Source: Lama guanicoe (lineage: Eukaryota). From it: a stretch of 64,000 bases of DNA. The stretch is taken from positions 2,654,927 to 2,718,926 of the forward strand of contig MU053513.1 in NCBI GenBank assembly GCA_013239625.1. The letters are read 5' to 3'. The translations under genes and the position numbers were made by a program. The notes under the pieces were generated by a model that made no database searches, was not told where the DNA came from, and saw only the letters and a list, made by a program, of their open reading frames with translations. Positions 1-14,360 of the stretch are shown piece after piece (within the stretch, counting starts at the first letter, position 1; each line of letters starts with the position of its first letter).

Positions 1-2090
1 TGAGGTTCTGTTATTGGGTGAAAACACATTTGAAAGTTTTATATCTGCCTGATGGCTTGACTTTTATCTCTGCTTTAGCTTTAGTGAGGCTTCTTGCCTT
101 CATATCTACTTTGATGTTGGTCCAGATGTATTAGCTTTCTTTGATTAGTCTTTGTACAGTTTATCAATTTTTATCTTTTAATCTTCAGCCATTCTGTATA
201 TATTTAATGTATATCACTTATAAACAGTATATTTTTCCTGTGTCATTCTTTGTCAATTAGTACATTTAATTTATTTACTGATATATTGGAGTGAAAACCT
301 ACTATCTTACGATTTGGATTCTTTTTGTACCATTTGTTTTATACTCCATCATCTATACTTTACTGCCTGCTTTTGGATTAAGTATTCTTATTATACTTTA
401 TATTTCTATTAGCTTGCTAATTGTATCATTTTTCATTTTTATTTATTTTTAGTGGTTACCTAAGGTGCAGTTCATCCTTGACTTATTAAAGTCTAATGTA
501 AATTTGCACTTTTACCACTTCCTGGATGATAGAAGAAATTTAGAAATCTTTGTTTTTCTTTCTTATACCTTTTAGTTATTGTGTCAAATATTTCTATTTA
601 ACATATTTTAAATTCCATAAATTTATCATATGCTATCAGTATGTATTTACTTACATATCAATCTTTCTATTGCTTTTTACTACTTTTTTATGTATTTTTA
701 TTTAGGATAGATTTCCATCTTCTGTCTTAGGAAATCCTTTTATATTTATTTCAGGCCAAGTTTACTGGTGACAAATTCATTTCTGTGAAAACATCTTTTG
801 TTTTGACTTCATACTTACAGGCATTATCACTGGTGATAAAAGTCAAGGTTGGCAGTTTTGAAGATGGCATTAACAACAGCTTCTGGTTTCATTATTTCTA
901 CTGAGAAGCCATCAGTTCAGTATTATTGTTGCTCCTTTGAAATTAATGTGTCTTTTTTTTCCATTTGACTGCTTTTAAGATTTTCTCTTAGTTTTTTTTC
1001 CAGTTGTATTTTGAGATGCTTAAGTGTTGCTTTCTTTGTACTTACCCTTCTTCGAGTTTAAAGTATTTCTTAAATCCATGGCTTGATGTCTTTCTTGTCT
1101 TAGAAAAATTTTGGCTGCATATCTTCAAATGTTCTCACTCTTTTCTCTGTCTAGGACGTCAGTTACACATATGTTAAACCTTCCTGTGGTTAAGCCTGGA
1201 TCTTTACTGCTGACCTGTCATTCAGTTCACCCGTCCTCTCTTCAGCTGCATCTAGTCTGCTATTGAACCCGTCTTTGGAGTTTCACTTTCAGTTTATGAA
1301 GTTTTCTGACTGTAGAACTTCTATTTGACTTCTCAGTTACCTGCTGAGTTATCTTCCCATATTTTTCTTGAATACATTAGACACAGTTATTTCTAGTTTA
1401 TACATAACTTCAGTATTTGTGTTTCCCATAGGTTCATTCCCATTATTTACTTTTTCCCTCCTTGGTCTCTTCTATTGGGTTACCTAATAGATTTTTATTA
1501 AAAAAATTTGGTTTTGGATTTTGTATTTAAAAAATATAGAAATAATTTGATTCTGGGTCATAGTATCTTTCTTTACAGAGGGTTTCTTTTTTTCCTGGAA
1601 GGCAGTTAGCCTGGGAGCAAATCACTATAATTCAATTTGAGATTGAGGTGATTAGAATCTGATACCCTGTGGGCTGGTCTATTTCTTGTTAACCTTTTTT
1701 CTAGTGAGTAGTCCTTTCCAGGGTCTCAACTGAAAACCTTAGGTGTTTACCATGGTCTCTTTTTTCTGGGGGATTTGAACTTGAATTTTTTACTCCCAAG
1801 CCCCATTAGTCTAAAATTTTGCTTAGCTTCTCGGCCTCTCAGATTGCCTACAAATCAGCAGATGCTTTGAAGGGAAAAGCAGAGCTAAGTGTCGGGCTTG
1901 TCTCTTTGTACTTTCCTTCTCTAAGGACTTTGATTCCTCATATCCTTGCTTCCTTGATGGCTCCCCAATGTTTTCCAAGAGATTTTTTTGCTTCGTGTTT
2001 TATCCAGCCTTTGAGGCTGTTCTTGACTTTAGGAGTTAGTCCTGTACAAGTTAGTATGCTGTCACTGGAATCAGAACCTCTCATTGTGTT
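1..2090 (-). mobile_element. Ancient degraded LINE-1 (L1M-type, 5' / ORF1-endonuclease side)
   Basis: T-rich antisense L1 texture, e.g. ggttctgttattgggtgaaaacacatt, ctgctggtgacaaattc-like motif, ttttctctgactgcttttaagattttctct-like motif. No ORF. Confidence 0.7.
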
Positions 2091-2913
2091 TTTCAAGTTG
2101 TAATTTTTGATGTATATATTTCATCTTTAATACTAGGTGGTAAAGTCCTAGAAGACAGGTCTATTTTTTACTTGTAACACCTTGCCCTATGGATAGTATA
2201 TACATTACTGACTGAGTGAATTAATGAATTTTTATTGGGTGTCTCCCAATTAAAAAATAATATTAAACTCATTTTTTTTAAAAGTTAAATTTTCCCATAA
2301 AGATGCTATTGAAGAGTTACTGCAATACATGAATGTAGACTCAGAAAAGTGAGCCAGCTAAACTATATCAAAGTTTTAAAATAATGTCAGAAAAGTCAGA
2401 CACAGAAATTCTGAAAACCTTTAACTCCCCAGGATTTACACATTCTACACGAAATAGGTGCTCTGCCACTGACACTTTGATCCAACATCGTTGTGTTGTC
2501 AGAGTTCAGAAGCCTGAAGACCTCAAAGTGCTTCTCTGATTTTGATCCAAAACCATAATCAGGTTTTGATCCATTGCAGAAAAGAGGTGTGATCTCTAGA
2601 GTCCAGCAGCAGCTACAGCACCAGAGGAACCATAAATGCATAAACCAAAGGTCCAGCCAAGGGCAAACAAAGGGTAAATGTGTTGCTGAAAGTGTCTACT
2701 TCTTTCTTTCTTCGCTTACTTGCTATAACAATATTTATTTCTCCTTTTCTAGGCTATTGAACTATGATTTTTATTATTGGTATTTATTTAAGAAATATTT
2801 TCAGTGCTTTTACCATGGTCTAAACACCATGCAAGGACTAGGGCTGGGTGGATGCAGACAGGAATGTGAAAAGTATGAAAAAGAACACTTGTTTCCAAAA
2901 TAGTGGAGACAGA

Positions 2914-2933
2914 TGTGTGTGTGTGTGTGTGTG
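2914..2933. repeat. (TG)n microsatellite
   Basis: Direct inspection. Confidence 0.9.
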
Positions 2934-3699
2934 ATCATATATATGATGTAGAAGGTAGACAGCTGAGAGGATGAAACCAGAACCATCTTCCAAATTCCAG
3001 ATTGAAAACTTACTGAGGAAAGTATACATTTATTGAATGAACAAATGGATTTCAAGAAAATTGCTGAAGCATAGGCTCTGATTGCTCCATAACGTTTTTA
3101 GGTCTGAGGTGCTTGTTACTTAGGTCACAGGAAGATGGTAAATTAGGTTTACAGAATTTGGCAAAGTTTATTTCAAAATAACCAGAATTATTGATGATTT
3201 TTATTAATGTAAAAAGAGATTCTAAGATTCTAACAGATAGAAATGTTTGGGAACTCATAGTCCCCCAAGTAAGAGTTTTAATCTAAGTCAGGAAGTCCAG
3301 GAAAGTACGGGCAGGGGTAACTCTCTAGTCAGAGTCTGGGAAACCTGAGCCAGGAGAGAATCTGATGGCTTTATTTAGACTGAACAGTTTTAAACCAGTT
3401 GAATGGATTATTTGGTATGATGGTTCCATCAATACAATGCCTGACTTATCCAGGATAGGCTCAGCCAAATCCTTCATTTTACCAGGAAAGAATGATGATG
3501 GTAAATACTTCTCTTTTCACTCATTGGTGAAATGATTTTAACAATATTTCATAGCTGTCCTAACTGGGGAATATAATATTTTGATAATTAATTGATGATA
3601 TTTCATTAAGTTAATCTTTCTTTGTCCAGCAGTTATTTATTGAGTACATACGCATTATTAGGTTTGTGGGGGATCATAAATGAAAGATACCTACTATAT

Positions 3700-4085
3700 T
3701 ATTTAGAATAGTTTGACTGCTACTAACAGGAAACCCCCAGATAATAGGCAGTACAGGGTATGTTGCCTATTTCCAGGGGATTTCCCGCCATCTTTGTTGT
3801 CATGGTCCAAACTGGCATTCATGTTCCCTAGACAAAGTAAAGAGACAGAGGATGGGTACCACCTGTGCTCACTCCTTAAATGGAATCAGAAAAACTGTCA
3901 GCTATTTCTTAAGGAAATTTCGGCCTCAAGCTTACACAACATCCACACTTACATGTCATTGTCGAGAACTTCATACGACACTACCCATCTGCAAAAGTAC
4001 ATAACCATGTACCAAGACCAAATATAGAGGCTCTGTCATCGTGAGAGAATGGGAAAATAGGTATTAGGGAAAAGCTAGCAATTTT
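3700..4085. mobile_element. Old ERVL/MaLR-type LTR remnant
   Basis: Motifs tttagaatagtttgactgctactaacag, acttacatgtcattgtcgagaact and gggaaaataggtattaggg resemble old MLT1/LTR33 LTRs. Confidence 0.4.
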
Positions 4086-4519
4086 TGCACCACTCTCCTT
4101 ATCTCCAAAAATCTGAAGGTCTGATAGGAGACATAAGCATGGCAGTAGCGTGCTACATTCTTGCATTATAATTGCTAGAAGAGACTTATTTTTGTGAGCA
4201 TAATGAGTCTGTGGAATCTAGAGCGCTCTGAGGGTAGTCGTGGAGGTCCCCAAACCTTTGTAATATTTTGAAAAACTTCACAGAAGTTATAAGTGTACCT
4301 AATTAGTTTTCAAAAGCTAGCAAAGCATTTTACTTCTTTTCTTTGGTTGGAATTCTGTCAACTCAGTTAGTGATTCTGATTTTCTTATCCTGATTAGAAG
4401 TTTAGAATAGATATAAACATTTCTCAGTTATTAAAAATGTAAAACAAATTACTTTCTAATTAACAAGTGCAATATAGTAGACAATATCTTTCAAAACATG
4501 GAGTATTCATGTTGTCGGT

Positions 4520-4965
4520 AGAGTTTATTAGTCTAGATTCTTTTGACAGTAAATAACACAATAGCAAAACTCCAATTCTCTTTTTAGATTTCTGTTCTTA
4601 AATGCACTGGAATAGGCATCATTCATGATTTTTTGAGAGTTCAAAAGTATCACCAACCAGCTAGCATTTTATCTCTTCATTTCTGTGCAACATGGGCATT
4701 TTTTTCCCATTGAAGGGAAGATAGCTATTGTCCAGACAAGCTGTTAGCACATCTTTGTAGCAACATCACTGGGAAGAGTTAGTTTCTGTCCCTCAGAATC
4801 TGTACATCAATCACAGGAGAGAGATCTGGTGGTCCCTCTTTGGGATGGATACCCATTCCAAATCAATCACCATGGCTGAGACGATACAAAGTCTGGCCCA
4901 TCCTGGATTACACGCCCACCTGTGTGATCACGGTTTGTTGCTGGATGAAGAGATAGGAAAAGGAA
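4520..4965. mobile_element. LTR33-like ERVL LTR remnant
   Basis: attagtctagattcttttgacagtaaataaca ... cccattccaaatcaatcaccatggctgag ... ctggattacacgcccacc resembles the family. Confidence 0.45.
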
Positions 4966-5988
4966 AGAATGTGTCTTTGGAAAAGCAAAATCATAGCTAT
5001 CTAACTTTACTATGGAGTGCAGTAAGAGAACCAAATGTTACACTTGACGTAGTTTTCTTTTCTTTTGGTTGGGTACCTTATTGTTTCTCTTATTCCATAC
5101 CTATAGCATCTGTCAGGTTTTTCCTTTGCGAAGGACAACAATCAGAGAAGCTCTTGAAATTATTACTTACGGTAGTATGTTCTGAATTTAACTTCCTTCT
5201 TTTTGTCAGGGTTTCTGAATTGTCACTTTGTGTCCCCAAGTCAGGAATATTTTCTATCATTAGAGCCAGAAAAGAAATCTCAACTTAATTTTAGCCATAG
5301 GTGGCATAGATCTGAGAGCTCTTTATTTTGTTTTTTTTCTATCCCTCTGCCACGTTCCAGCTGTGATGTAGATAACCTAGCACCAGGCTTGAGTATTAAT
5401 TTGAACCATTATAGTTTCTTACTTTAAAAAACGTCCCAAACTATTTTCATTTAAACTTTCACTGTCACTTAGTAAATATTTGTTAGATAAATGCATTATG
5501 AATGAGTAATCTGATAAAAATTGTTTATTCAGGCTATCAAATACCAAAGATATTTTTTGTCTTTTTTTAAAGATCTTACAGTTTCCCCTCTATACACTTA
5601 TTGTCTATGATGCGTGTTGCCCCCTAACATCAAAATGTGATTTCAGGATTTCTGGAAAGGAGTATTCCTGGCATTACTTCAATTTTTAAAACTTGAAGGC
5701 ATTTCTTACTGTTTTGTCTTTTTCCTGTCACCTCAGAACCTATCCAGTGCCCAGGTGTTTGGGATTCTCAACCCCCAGTGTGTCTATTCCTGTTTAGGAA
5801 GCCAAACCACAAACAATGCAAGCTTAGAAACAGATTTTGTCCCCTTAACTCTTGGTAATGCCTAAATTAATCCTCTCTCAGTCATACTTACTCATTCTGC
5901 CGTGTTTCTTTTTACCACCATGACTTCCACTCTAAATACATAATATTCTTTTCCCTAGTCATCTGTACATTTGCAAATAGGATAACTT

Positions 5989-8844
5989 TTTTTTCTTCCA
6001 GTTTTGAGATATAATTGGCATACAGCAGTGTATAATTTTAAGGTTTACAGCATCATGATTTGACTTACATAAATCATGAAATGATTACAATATGTTTAAT
6101 GAACATCCATCATCTCAATTAGACACAAAATAAGAGAAAAAGGAAAACAATAATTTTTCCTTGTGATGAGAGCTCTTAGGATTTACTCTCTTAACAACTT
6201 TCATCTGTAACGTGCAGCAGTGTTAATTATATTAATCATGTTGTACTTTACATCCCTACGGCTTATGTATTTCATAGTTGGAAGTTTGTACCTTTAATCA
6301 ACTTTAACCAATCACCCCTCCCCCCACCCCACCTCTGGAAACCACAAATCTGATCTCTTTTTCTATGAGTTTGTTTGTTTGTTTGTTTATATGGAGTATA
6401 ATTGACATACAACACTATATTAGTTCCTGGTGCACAATATAGTAATCTGATATTTCTGTACATTTTGAAATGATCACAAAAGGAAGTCTATTTACCATCT
6501 GTCACCACACAAAAATATTATATAATTATTGACTATATTCCCCACACTGTACATTTCATACCCGTGACTCATTTATTTTGTACCTGAAAGTTTGCACTTC
6601 TTAATCTCCCTCACCTATTTCTGTCCATCCCCCACCCATCTCTCCTCTGGCAACCTGTTTGTTCTCTGTATCTATGATACTGTTACTCTTTTGTTATTTT
6701 TTATTTTGTTTTGTTTATTAGATTCTACACATAGGTGAAGTCATATGATTTTTATCTTTCTCTGTCTGACATCATTTAGCATGATACTCTACAGGTCCAT
6801 CCATGTTGTTGCAAATGGCAAGATTTCATTATTTTTATGACTGAGTAATATTCCATTTTATGTATATATCACATCTTCTTTATCCACACATCTATTGATG
6901 GGCACTTAGTTGCTTCCATGTCTTGGCTATTGTAAATAATGCTGCAGTGAACATTGGGGTTCATATATCCTTCCAAATTAGTGTTTTTGTTTTCTTTGGA
7001 AAAATACTCAGCAGTGGAATTGCTAGATTGTGCAGTAGTTCTATTTTCAACTTTTTAAGGAACTGCCATAACATGTTCCGTAGTGGCTGCACCAGTTTAC
7101 ATTCCCACCAACAGTGCACCAGGGTTCCCTTTTCGCTACACCCTCTCCAGTGCTTGTTATTTGCTCTCTTTCTGATAATAGTCATTTTGTCAGGTATGAG
7201 GTAATATCTCATTGAGGTTTTGATTTGCATTTCCCTGATAATTAATGATGCTGAGTGTCTTTTCATGCGTCTGTTGGCCATCTCTATGTCTTCTTTGGAA
7301 AAATGTCTATTCAGGTCCTTTGTCCATTTTTTAATTGGGTTGTTTGTTTTTTTGATACTAAGTTGTATGGGCTCTTTGTATAATTTGAATATTAACCTCC
7401 TATCAGATATATCATTTGCAAATATCTTCACCTATTCAGTAGGTGGCTTTTTCATTTTGCAAATACTTTTCTCTTCTGTGCAAAAGCTTTTTAGTTTGAG
7501 GTAGCCCCATTTGTTTATTTTTGCTTTTGTTTCTGTTGCCTGAGGAAACACAGTCAAAAAATATTGCTAAGACCGATGTCAAAGAGAGTATTATCTATGT
7601 TTTCTTCTAGGAAGAAGATCTTCCTAGAAGGCTTCTTCAGGCCTTATATTTAAGTCTTTAATGCATTTTGAGTTCTGGGAGTTTTTTTGGTGGGGGTGGT
7701 AATTAGGTTTTTTATATATTTATCTTTAATGGAGGTACTGGGGATTGAACCCAGGACCTTGTACATGCTATGCATGAATGCTATCACTGAGCTGTACCCT
7801 CCCCCCACCATTATGAGTTCATTTTTGTACATGGTGTGAGAAAGTAGTCCTATTTGATTCTCTGCATATAGCTGTCCAGTTTTCCCAACACCGTTTACTG
7901 AAGAGGCTGCCTTTTCCCCACTGTATAGTCTTGCCTCCTTTGCCATAGATCAAGTGAAATTTAAATATAGGTTCATTTCTGGGCTCTCTATTCAATTCCT
8001 TTGATCTATGTGTCTGTTTTTGTGCCAGTACCGTACTGTTTTGATTACTATAGCTTTGCAGTATAGTTTGAAATAAGGGAGCATGGTACTGCCACCTTTG
8101 TTCTTCTTTCTTAAGGTTATTCTTGCTATTCAAGGTTTTTTCTGTTTTCATACAAACATTAGAATTATTTATTCTAGTTCTATGAAAAATACCATTGGTA
8201 TTTTGATAGGACTTGCATTGAGTCTGTATATTGTCTTAGGTAGTATGGTCATTTTAATAATATTAACTCTTCTGATTCATGAGCATGGTATATTTTTCCA
8301 TCTGTTTGTGTCATCTTCAAGTTCTTTCATCAATGTCTTATAGTTTTCCAAGTACAGGTCTTTTGCCCCTTTAGTTAGATTTATTCATATGTATTTTATT
8401 CTTTTTGATGCAACTGTAAGTGGGATTGATTTCATAATTTCTCTTTCTGATAGTTTGGTTAGTTTATAGAAAGATAACACATTTCTGTATATTAATTTTG
8501 TATTCTGCAACTTTACTGAATTCATTTATTAGTTCTAATATTTTTCTGGTGGTATCTTTAGAATTTTCTATGTATAGTATTAAGTCATTTGCAAACAGTG
8601 ACAGTTTTACTTCTTTTTCTTTCCAATTTGGATTCCTTTTATTTTTTCTTGTCTAATTGGAAGTACAGGAATTCCAATACTATATTAAATAAAAGTAAGA
8701 ATAGGGATCCTTGTCTTGTTCCTAATCTTAGAAGAAATGCTTTCAGCTTTTCATTGTTGAGTATAACGTTGAATGTACATTTGTCATGTATGGATTTTAT
8801 TATGTTGAAGTATGTTCCCTTTAAACCCACTGTATTGAGAGTTT
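5989..8844 (-). mobile_element. 5'-truncated artiodactyl-type LINE-1 (ORF2 3' half plus 3' UTR) with target-site duplication
   Basis: ORFs 6961-7431 ([17 protein letters not shown]) and 8639-8830 (GEKLKAF-like, LGTRQG) are L1 ORF2 fragments. Poly-T tail at about 5987. TSD aaataggataactt (5975-5988) / aaacaggataactt (8845-8858). Confidence 0.95.
7676..7808 (-). mobile_element. Camelid Vic-1-type tRNA-derived SINE nested in the L1
   Basis: Reverse complement reads gggagggtacagctcagtgatagc ... ggtcctgggttcaatccccagtacc (A and B boxes). TSD cattttgagttc (7664-7675) / cattatgagttc (7809-7820). Confidence 0.9.
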
Positions 8845-9199
8845 AAACAGGATAACTTCTTACGGTCTTTTTTTTTTTTTTAACCCCTTTCAACTTGGTT
8901 TTCCTTGAAAAAGCAACTCCATTGGATTATTCCTAGCTGGATTCATTTTGTCATGCTATATACTAGATTTATTATAACTTTTAAAATTTTTGATCAACTC
9001 GGTCCATGATCAATCTTGACATAGGAAAATATGGAAGTTTTGCTAATCAATATTAAGATAGAAAACTAAGGCATCACTAGTCTGCCCCCCTCCCTTTTTT
9101 TTGACTATTTAGAATTCACATATCTTCTCTCAAAATCATGTGTCACTTTTTACCTTTTGTTAGCTTTTTTTTTTTAACCTCTTCTAGGTAGAGATGGAG

Positions 9200-9707
9200 A
9201 GGTAGGTAGCCCCAAATAATTCTGCCTATATTTATTTATGGCTTTTTGTAATCCCCTTTCATTGAGAAACTTGCTTCTAACCAATGGAATACTTCAACAT
9301 TGAATGAATATAATATCCATGATTAGATTACAAGAGATTATAACTATTATCTTGTTAGCAGATTCTTTCCTTTGGTAACTTTAATGAAGCAAGCTGCCGT
9401 GTTGTGTGCTGCCCTGTGGAGAGGCTCACATGGCAAGAAACTAAGAAGGTTCCAGCTGACAACCATCAAGGAACTAAATCTAGCCAACAATTACATGAGC
9501 TTGGAAGTGGATCCCCCAGCTGCACTTTCAGATGAGCTATCAGCCCTGGTTGACATCTTGGTTGTAGCTTTGTTACAGGGTCTAAAGAAGAGGACCCAAA
9601 TCTATGTCTATGTTCCTGACTCACAGAAATTGTGGTATAATAAATGTGTGTTGTTCTAAGCAACTAAGTTTGTGGTAGTTTGCCACACAGCAAAAGATAA
9701 CCAGTAG
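9200..9707 (+). mobile_element. MaLR solo LTR (MLT1E/F-like)
   Basis: gaagcaagctgcc ... gagaggctcacatggcaagaaactaag, with MLT1 end aataaatgtgtgttgttctaagcaactaagtttgtggtagtttgccacacagcaaaagataac. Confidence 0.8.
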
Positions 9708-9779
9708 AGATGATCGTTGGGCTTTTATGATATTCTGTACATATTTCTATCATAGCACTTTTCACATCATATGCTTTAT

Positions 9780-10610
9780 TCTACAGATGACTCCCAAATT
9801 TATATCTTTAGGCTAGATCTATCTCCTGAGCTTCATATGTAAAACTTCATTTCAATATCCTATTCACATGTCAAACCAACTACGTCTACAAAACTTAATT
9901 CCCTCTCTCTAATTGCTTCTTCTACTATATTTTCTATCATATATAGTATATCAGCATCTGCCCAATTGTTCAAGACAGAAGACAGAAAACTTGTGAATTA
10001 GCCATGATTTCTCTCCCCTCTCTGTGATCCTTTTAAACAGCAAGTCAGATATACTCCTGTGTTTAACCTCTTTCTATGCTTTCCATGTGTTATTCTTACA
10101 ATAAAGTTAACATTTCTTATGACAACCTATAAAGACTTACGTGTTCTGACCTTTGATTTAATTGCTCGTTTATCTCTTACCACCACCTTCCATCTTTCAC
10201 CCCTGTGGTTTTTCTCCAACCAGCCATAGTAACTTTCTTTCAGATTCTTGAACTTGCCATGCTTTCTATCTTCATCACGACTTTCCGCATTGTGCTGTTC
10301 CTTGTCCATGCTTATCATCTTCATACCGCTTTTGCTCAAGTTGTCTCCATTTATCTTCTTGATCTCAACTTAAATTCACTTTTACCAGAAAGCCTGCCTT
10401 GATAATCCTCTTGTCCAACCTCTTGTCTTTGTTAGGATCTCCTCTCTCATCACCCTCAAAGCACCTGTATTTTTCCTATCCCAGCACTTATCTAATTGTT
10501 TGTAAAAGCCTATTAGCTTGTTTGTATCTATCATTACACTGTAAAAGCCGTAAAGGCAAGAACTATGTTGAATTTTTTCACCAATGAGTCCCTCATGCCT
10601 AATAGAGTGT
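9780..10610 (+). mobile_element. LINE-2 fragments
   Basis: gatgactcccaaatttatatct ... tctcctgagct, and 3' motif cactgtaaaagccgtaaaggcaagaactatg. Confidence 0.75.
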
Positions 10611-10611
10611 T

Positions 10612-11215
10612 CAGTTTTAATTGGTATTTCCTGTTCACTGTAATGTTGAGCACCTTTTCATGTGTTTATTTGCCATTTGTATATCTTCCCTTGTGAGGCA
10701 TATATTCAAATTGTTTGCCCATTCTTAATTCAAGTGTTTGTCTTTTTACTATTTGGTGTAAGAATTCTTTATATATTCAGAATATGAGTCCTTTGTCAGT
10801 GTACTGCGTGTGTATTGCAAATAACTTTTCTCCTCTCTCTGGCTTTTATTTTTATTTTCTTAATAGTGTCTTTCAAAAAAGGAAGTTTGACATTTGATTA
10901 AATCTCATTTACTAATATTTTTCTTTTATGGATTTTGATTTTTGTATCCCAGGAAATCTTTGTCTAACCCAAAGTCATAAAGATTTTATACTTTGTTTCC
11001 TTTTAGAATTTTGTTTTGTTTTGTTTTATCTTCTGCGCATGGATCAATCATCTTTTTCAGGTTAGTTTTTCTGTGAGGTAAGAATTGACATTCATTTTTG
11101 CCATGTAGACATCCAGTTGTTTCAACCCTGTATGTTGAAAAGACTATTCTTTTTCCATTAAATTACTTTGGCATCTCTATGAAAATCAATTGACCAAATA
11201 TATGTGGATCTTTTG
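10612..11215 (-). mobile_element. Old LINE-1 ORF2 3' fragment
   Basis: atgttgagcaccttttcatgtgtttatttgccatttgtatatcttc and gaaaatcaattgaccaaatatatgtggatc. Confidence 0.85.
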
Positions 11216-13499
11216 GTGTGTGTGGATTCCATGACCACAGCTCATGGGAGTTGAGTAGCCCTTCTAGCTGAATATATACTAAAGAAGAAGAACCATTAGG
11301 AAAGAATATGAGATTTCCACAGAGACTGAGAGAAAACATAGGTTATTAATTTATGATCTTGCAACTACCTATCTCCTCTCCCTTTGCCCTTAATCCCCAC
11401 TCAAGGTAACTCATCTACCATACATGACAGTAATTTTTCCTGGAATAGGTCTCTTCCAGGCAGACTTAAGTAGGGTATTTAGGTCATGAAATCTGTTCAA
11501 TCACATGGAAAAGTGTGATTTTTTTAATAGATTTTCTTTGGAAGTTGTATACAACAGGTTAAAATTGGAGCAGGTGCATATTATGATTTTTGCTTTCCCA
11601 GTCTCTTTCTTAGCTCTGTGTAAGTCTTCAATTAGATGCATATAGCTATCATTGCATTAGAAAATTTTCATTCAAGCTCAGTAGATAAGTATAGATAAAA
11701 CCATCATAAGAAAAAGCATAATCAGGGTAATTCACATTCATAGTAACTCCTAACGCTGAGACTGCATTCACACAGAGAATAATAACGCAAGACTAATTGA
11801 TCTACATGGATAAAAGGGATAAAATGGATTCACATTTACACCTACATTGGTTCCACATCCTGTGCTGTTTGAATTTGCAGCTCACTTTGAAATGTCTTTT
11901 AAAGGTGTTGTTTGCTCAATGAATACATTTAAAAATAGTACCAGAGCCTTGACTAGGGGTCCCGTAGCAGATTCTAGAGAAGGAAGGAAAAAAGTTGTCC
12001 ACATTTTACCATATTATGGACATTTTTCAAAAAATAACCTCTACATTTCCAAATAAACACTGCTCTTCTACAAGATACTGCTGCCAGGAAGCCTCATCTT
12101 GTTTTAGATGAGAATATCCTTCTGTGTTGGTAGCTGTCTCCTGTGCTAACCGTTTCTATAAGGCGTTGCTAATTGAAAGCTCCAGATGCACTCCCTGAGA
12201 TCTAACATGCGCTATGTCATCTGGAGAGTTTGAATTGCCCTACAGGCACATGCAAGTATTGCTTGCACATGGACTGTAATGATAATTTTTATATCTGAAT
12301 CATCATTTCCTTATACTTCTTATACGTTTGTATAGCATATAACATTTTTGTTTGCATCATTCTTGTGTTTATTATCTTATTCTGGGACATCTTGTAGTTA
12401 TTAGAAATTTTGAATTCTCTTTCTAACTCTGGAGATAAATACTATAGCCTGCCCATCTCTACATCCTCCAAAGCCCTAATGAAGTACCATGAATTTGATT
12501 ATATTCAATGTATATTTGTTGAAATAATATTTTTGCATAGATGTTAGTAAAGACCAGGACAAATTCCATAGTTATATACTAATTATATTATCAAGCTTTG
12601 ACTCTAGTTATATTGCCAGGAACACAATTAAGCTTATGGCCTATCCAATTCTCAGTAATGAGCAGACAGGTTTGACAGCATGGGATGATTAAAATGCTTA
12701 ATGTTCAATTAGCTTTCTTGGATTAAGTCTAGTAAGGGAAAGGCAGGTAATTTAAAGTTGTATTATGGAGAATATTATTTTACAAAAATCTTAAGAGGAC
12801 AATTTGAAAAGGGCATTGATTGCTCAAAATTTAAAATATCCAAGGCATCATTTGAAACTACAAAGACCAGATAAAAGGATTATAAATATGCTGAAAGTGA
12901 GTGGTACAGACTAGAAAACTGAAAAATGTAGCTAAACTTGATATGAGGAATTTATTTAATCTAGCAGTAATAGGAAAGGTGGACAATATAAATGACTCCT
13001 AAATCTATAGTGACATCCATTATCATAAATTACCAACATGAGGAATTCTATGATACTAAACGTAATTTTCTTGAGTCATTACATTTCAAAGATATAGCAC
13101 AATAGCAAGTGTATAAAAATATGGATATATGAAATGTGAACAAATTTCCCCCAATGGGAAGCAAAGGAAATTACAACTCCTTGTGGAGTGGTGCAAGAGT
13201 GACTTCAGTGGTAAGCAGTTGTAAAACTGGGGGTGTTGGTGGTGTGGGGGTTGTGTGTGTGTGTGTGTGTGTACCCACCAGCAACTGAAAGTATCCCCAG
13301 AATTCAGGAACCAACTCTGAACATGAATTTGATAAAATTTTCCATCATCAGAAATAACTTGTTTTAAAAGATGGCTTCTGAACACACTACTGGTAAGGCA
13401 AGGGGCTCCCAAAGCCCAATCATCTTAGGCTTATTTTTTTTCAGAGTTTCAGTACGAAATTTTCCCACATGAAGTTGCATCCTATTTCACAGAATGTGT

Positions 13500-13790
13500 G
13501 CTTTGAAGACAACCTGGGGTGTAGGGGGCAGTTAAGTCCAACTTTCTATCTGATTGCATGGAAACACTGAACAAGGAGGTGGTCCTATTATCTGTGAATA
13601 TGTCACACAAATTCCCTCATCAAAAATTCATACTCTACTTGTAGACTCTTCTGAATGTCTTCCTGAGATATAATTTGAAATTTCATTCATTGGCTCTAGT
13701 TCTCTCCACAGAGTTTAAAACTAATTTCACACCTCCATTAGTGATTTTTAAATGTTTGAATGTAGTTCTCCATTAAATATTCTATCACGC
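13500..13790 (-). mobile_element. CR1/L3 LINE fragment
   Basis: aatttcattcattggctctagttctc resembles antisense L3. It appears to continue after the L1 at about 14.5 kb. Confidence 0.45.
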
Positions 13791-13909
13791 TAGATAAATG
13801 TTTCCAATCCCTGGCATGACATGACTTCTAGTTTCCAAGTGATCCTGGTTTCCTCTCTTTTGAATGGATTTTTATTTGTCTGTATCTTTAAAGTGTTGTG
13901 ACTCCCACT

Positions 13910-14360
13910 GCAATAGAAAAATGGACAAAATATTGGAAGAGCTAATTCCGGAAAGAAAAATACATAAGTTGTCAATAAATATGCAAAAATGTTTAACTTC
14001 CGTGGTAATCCATTGAATGCTAAGTAAAGCAAGATAGCCTCTCTTGCATATGAAAAATTGGCAAAGATCAAAAATACCAATTGGGCAAAGATGCAGGAAA
14101 GCAGACACCATTGTATGCTGAAACAATGAAAGAAAAAGATCAGAGAAGTGTTCGAAGTCCATGAACAAACTTGTTTATCGTATAGAAAAAAGGACAATGG
14201 ATACATGGTTAAATAGATTATGGCATACTGTAGCTACTGAAAATGTTTTAGGATAATTTGTTGACATTGGGACAATGCTTATGATTTCTTATTAAGGAGA
14301 AAAGCAGGCTATATCATAGCATATTTTATATTTATGTCATTTAATTAATATCTATAGAAG
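13910..14360 (+). mobile_element. Old LINE-1 (L1ME-like) 3' fragment
   Basis: caatagaaaaatggacaaaa ... aataaatatgcaaaaatgtttaacttc ... atggttaaatagattatggcata. Confidence 0.75.

Noticed and set aside
5989..6700. Two tandem L1 3'-end modules within one TSD, suggesting 3' transduction or a chimera
   Set aside because: As I recall, this dimeric tail is the normal structure of artiodactyl L1 subfamilies. The outer module recurs alone at 43622-43851.
6923..8846. Cluster of long ORFs on both strands
   Set aside because: These are broken L1 ORF2 fragments and their antisense shadows, not a host gene or an active element.
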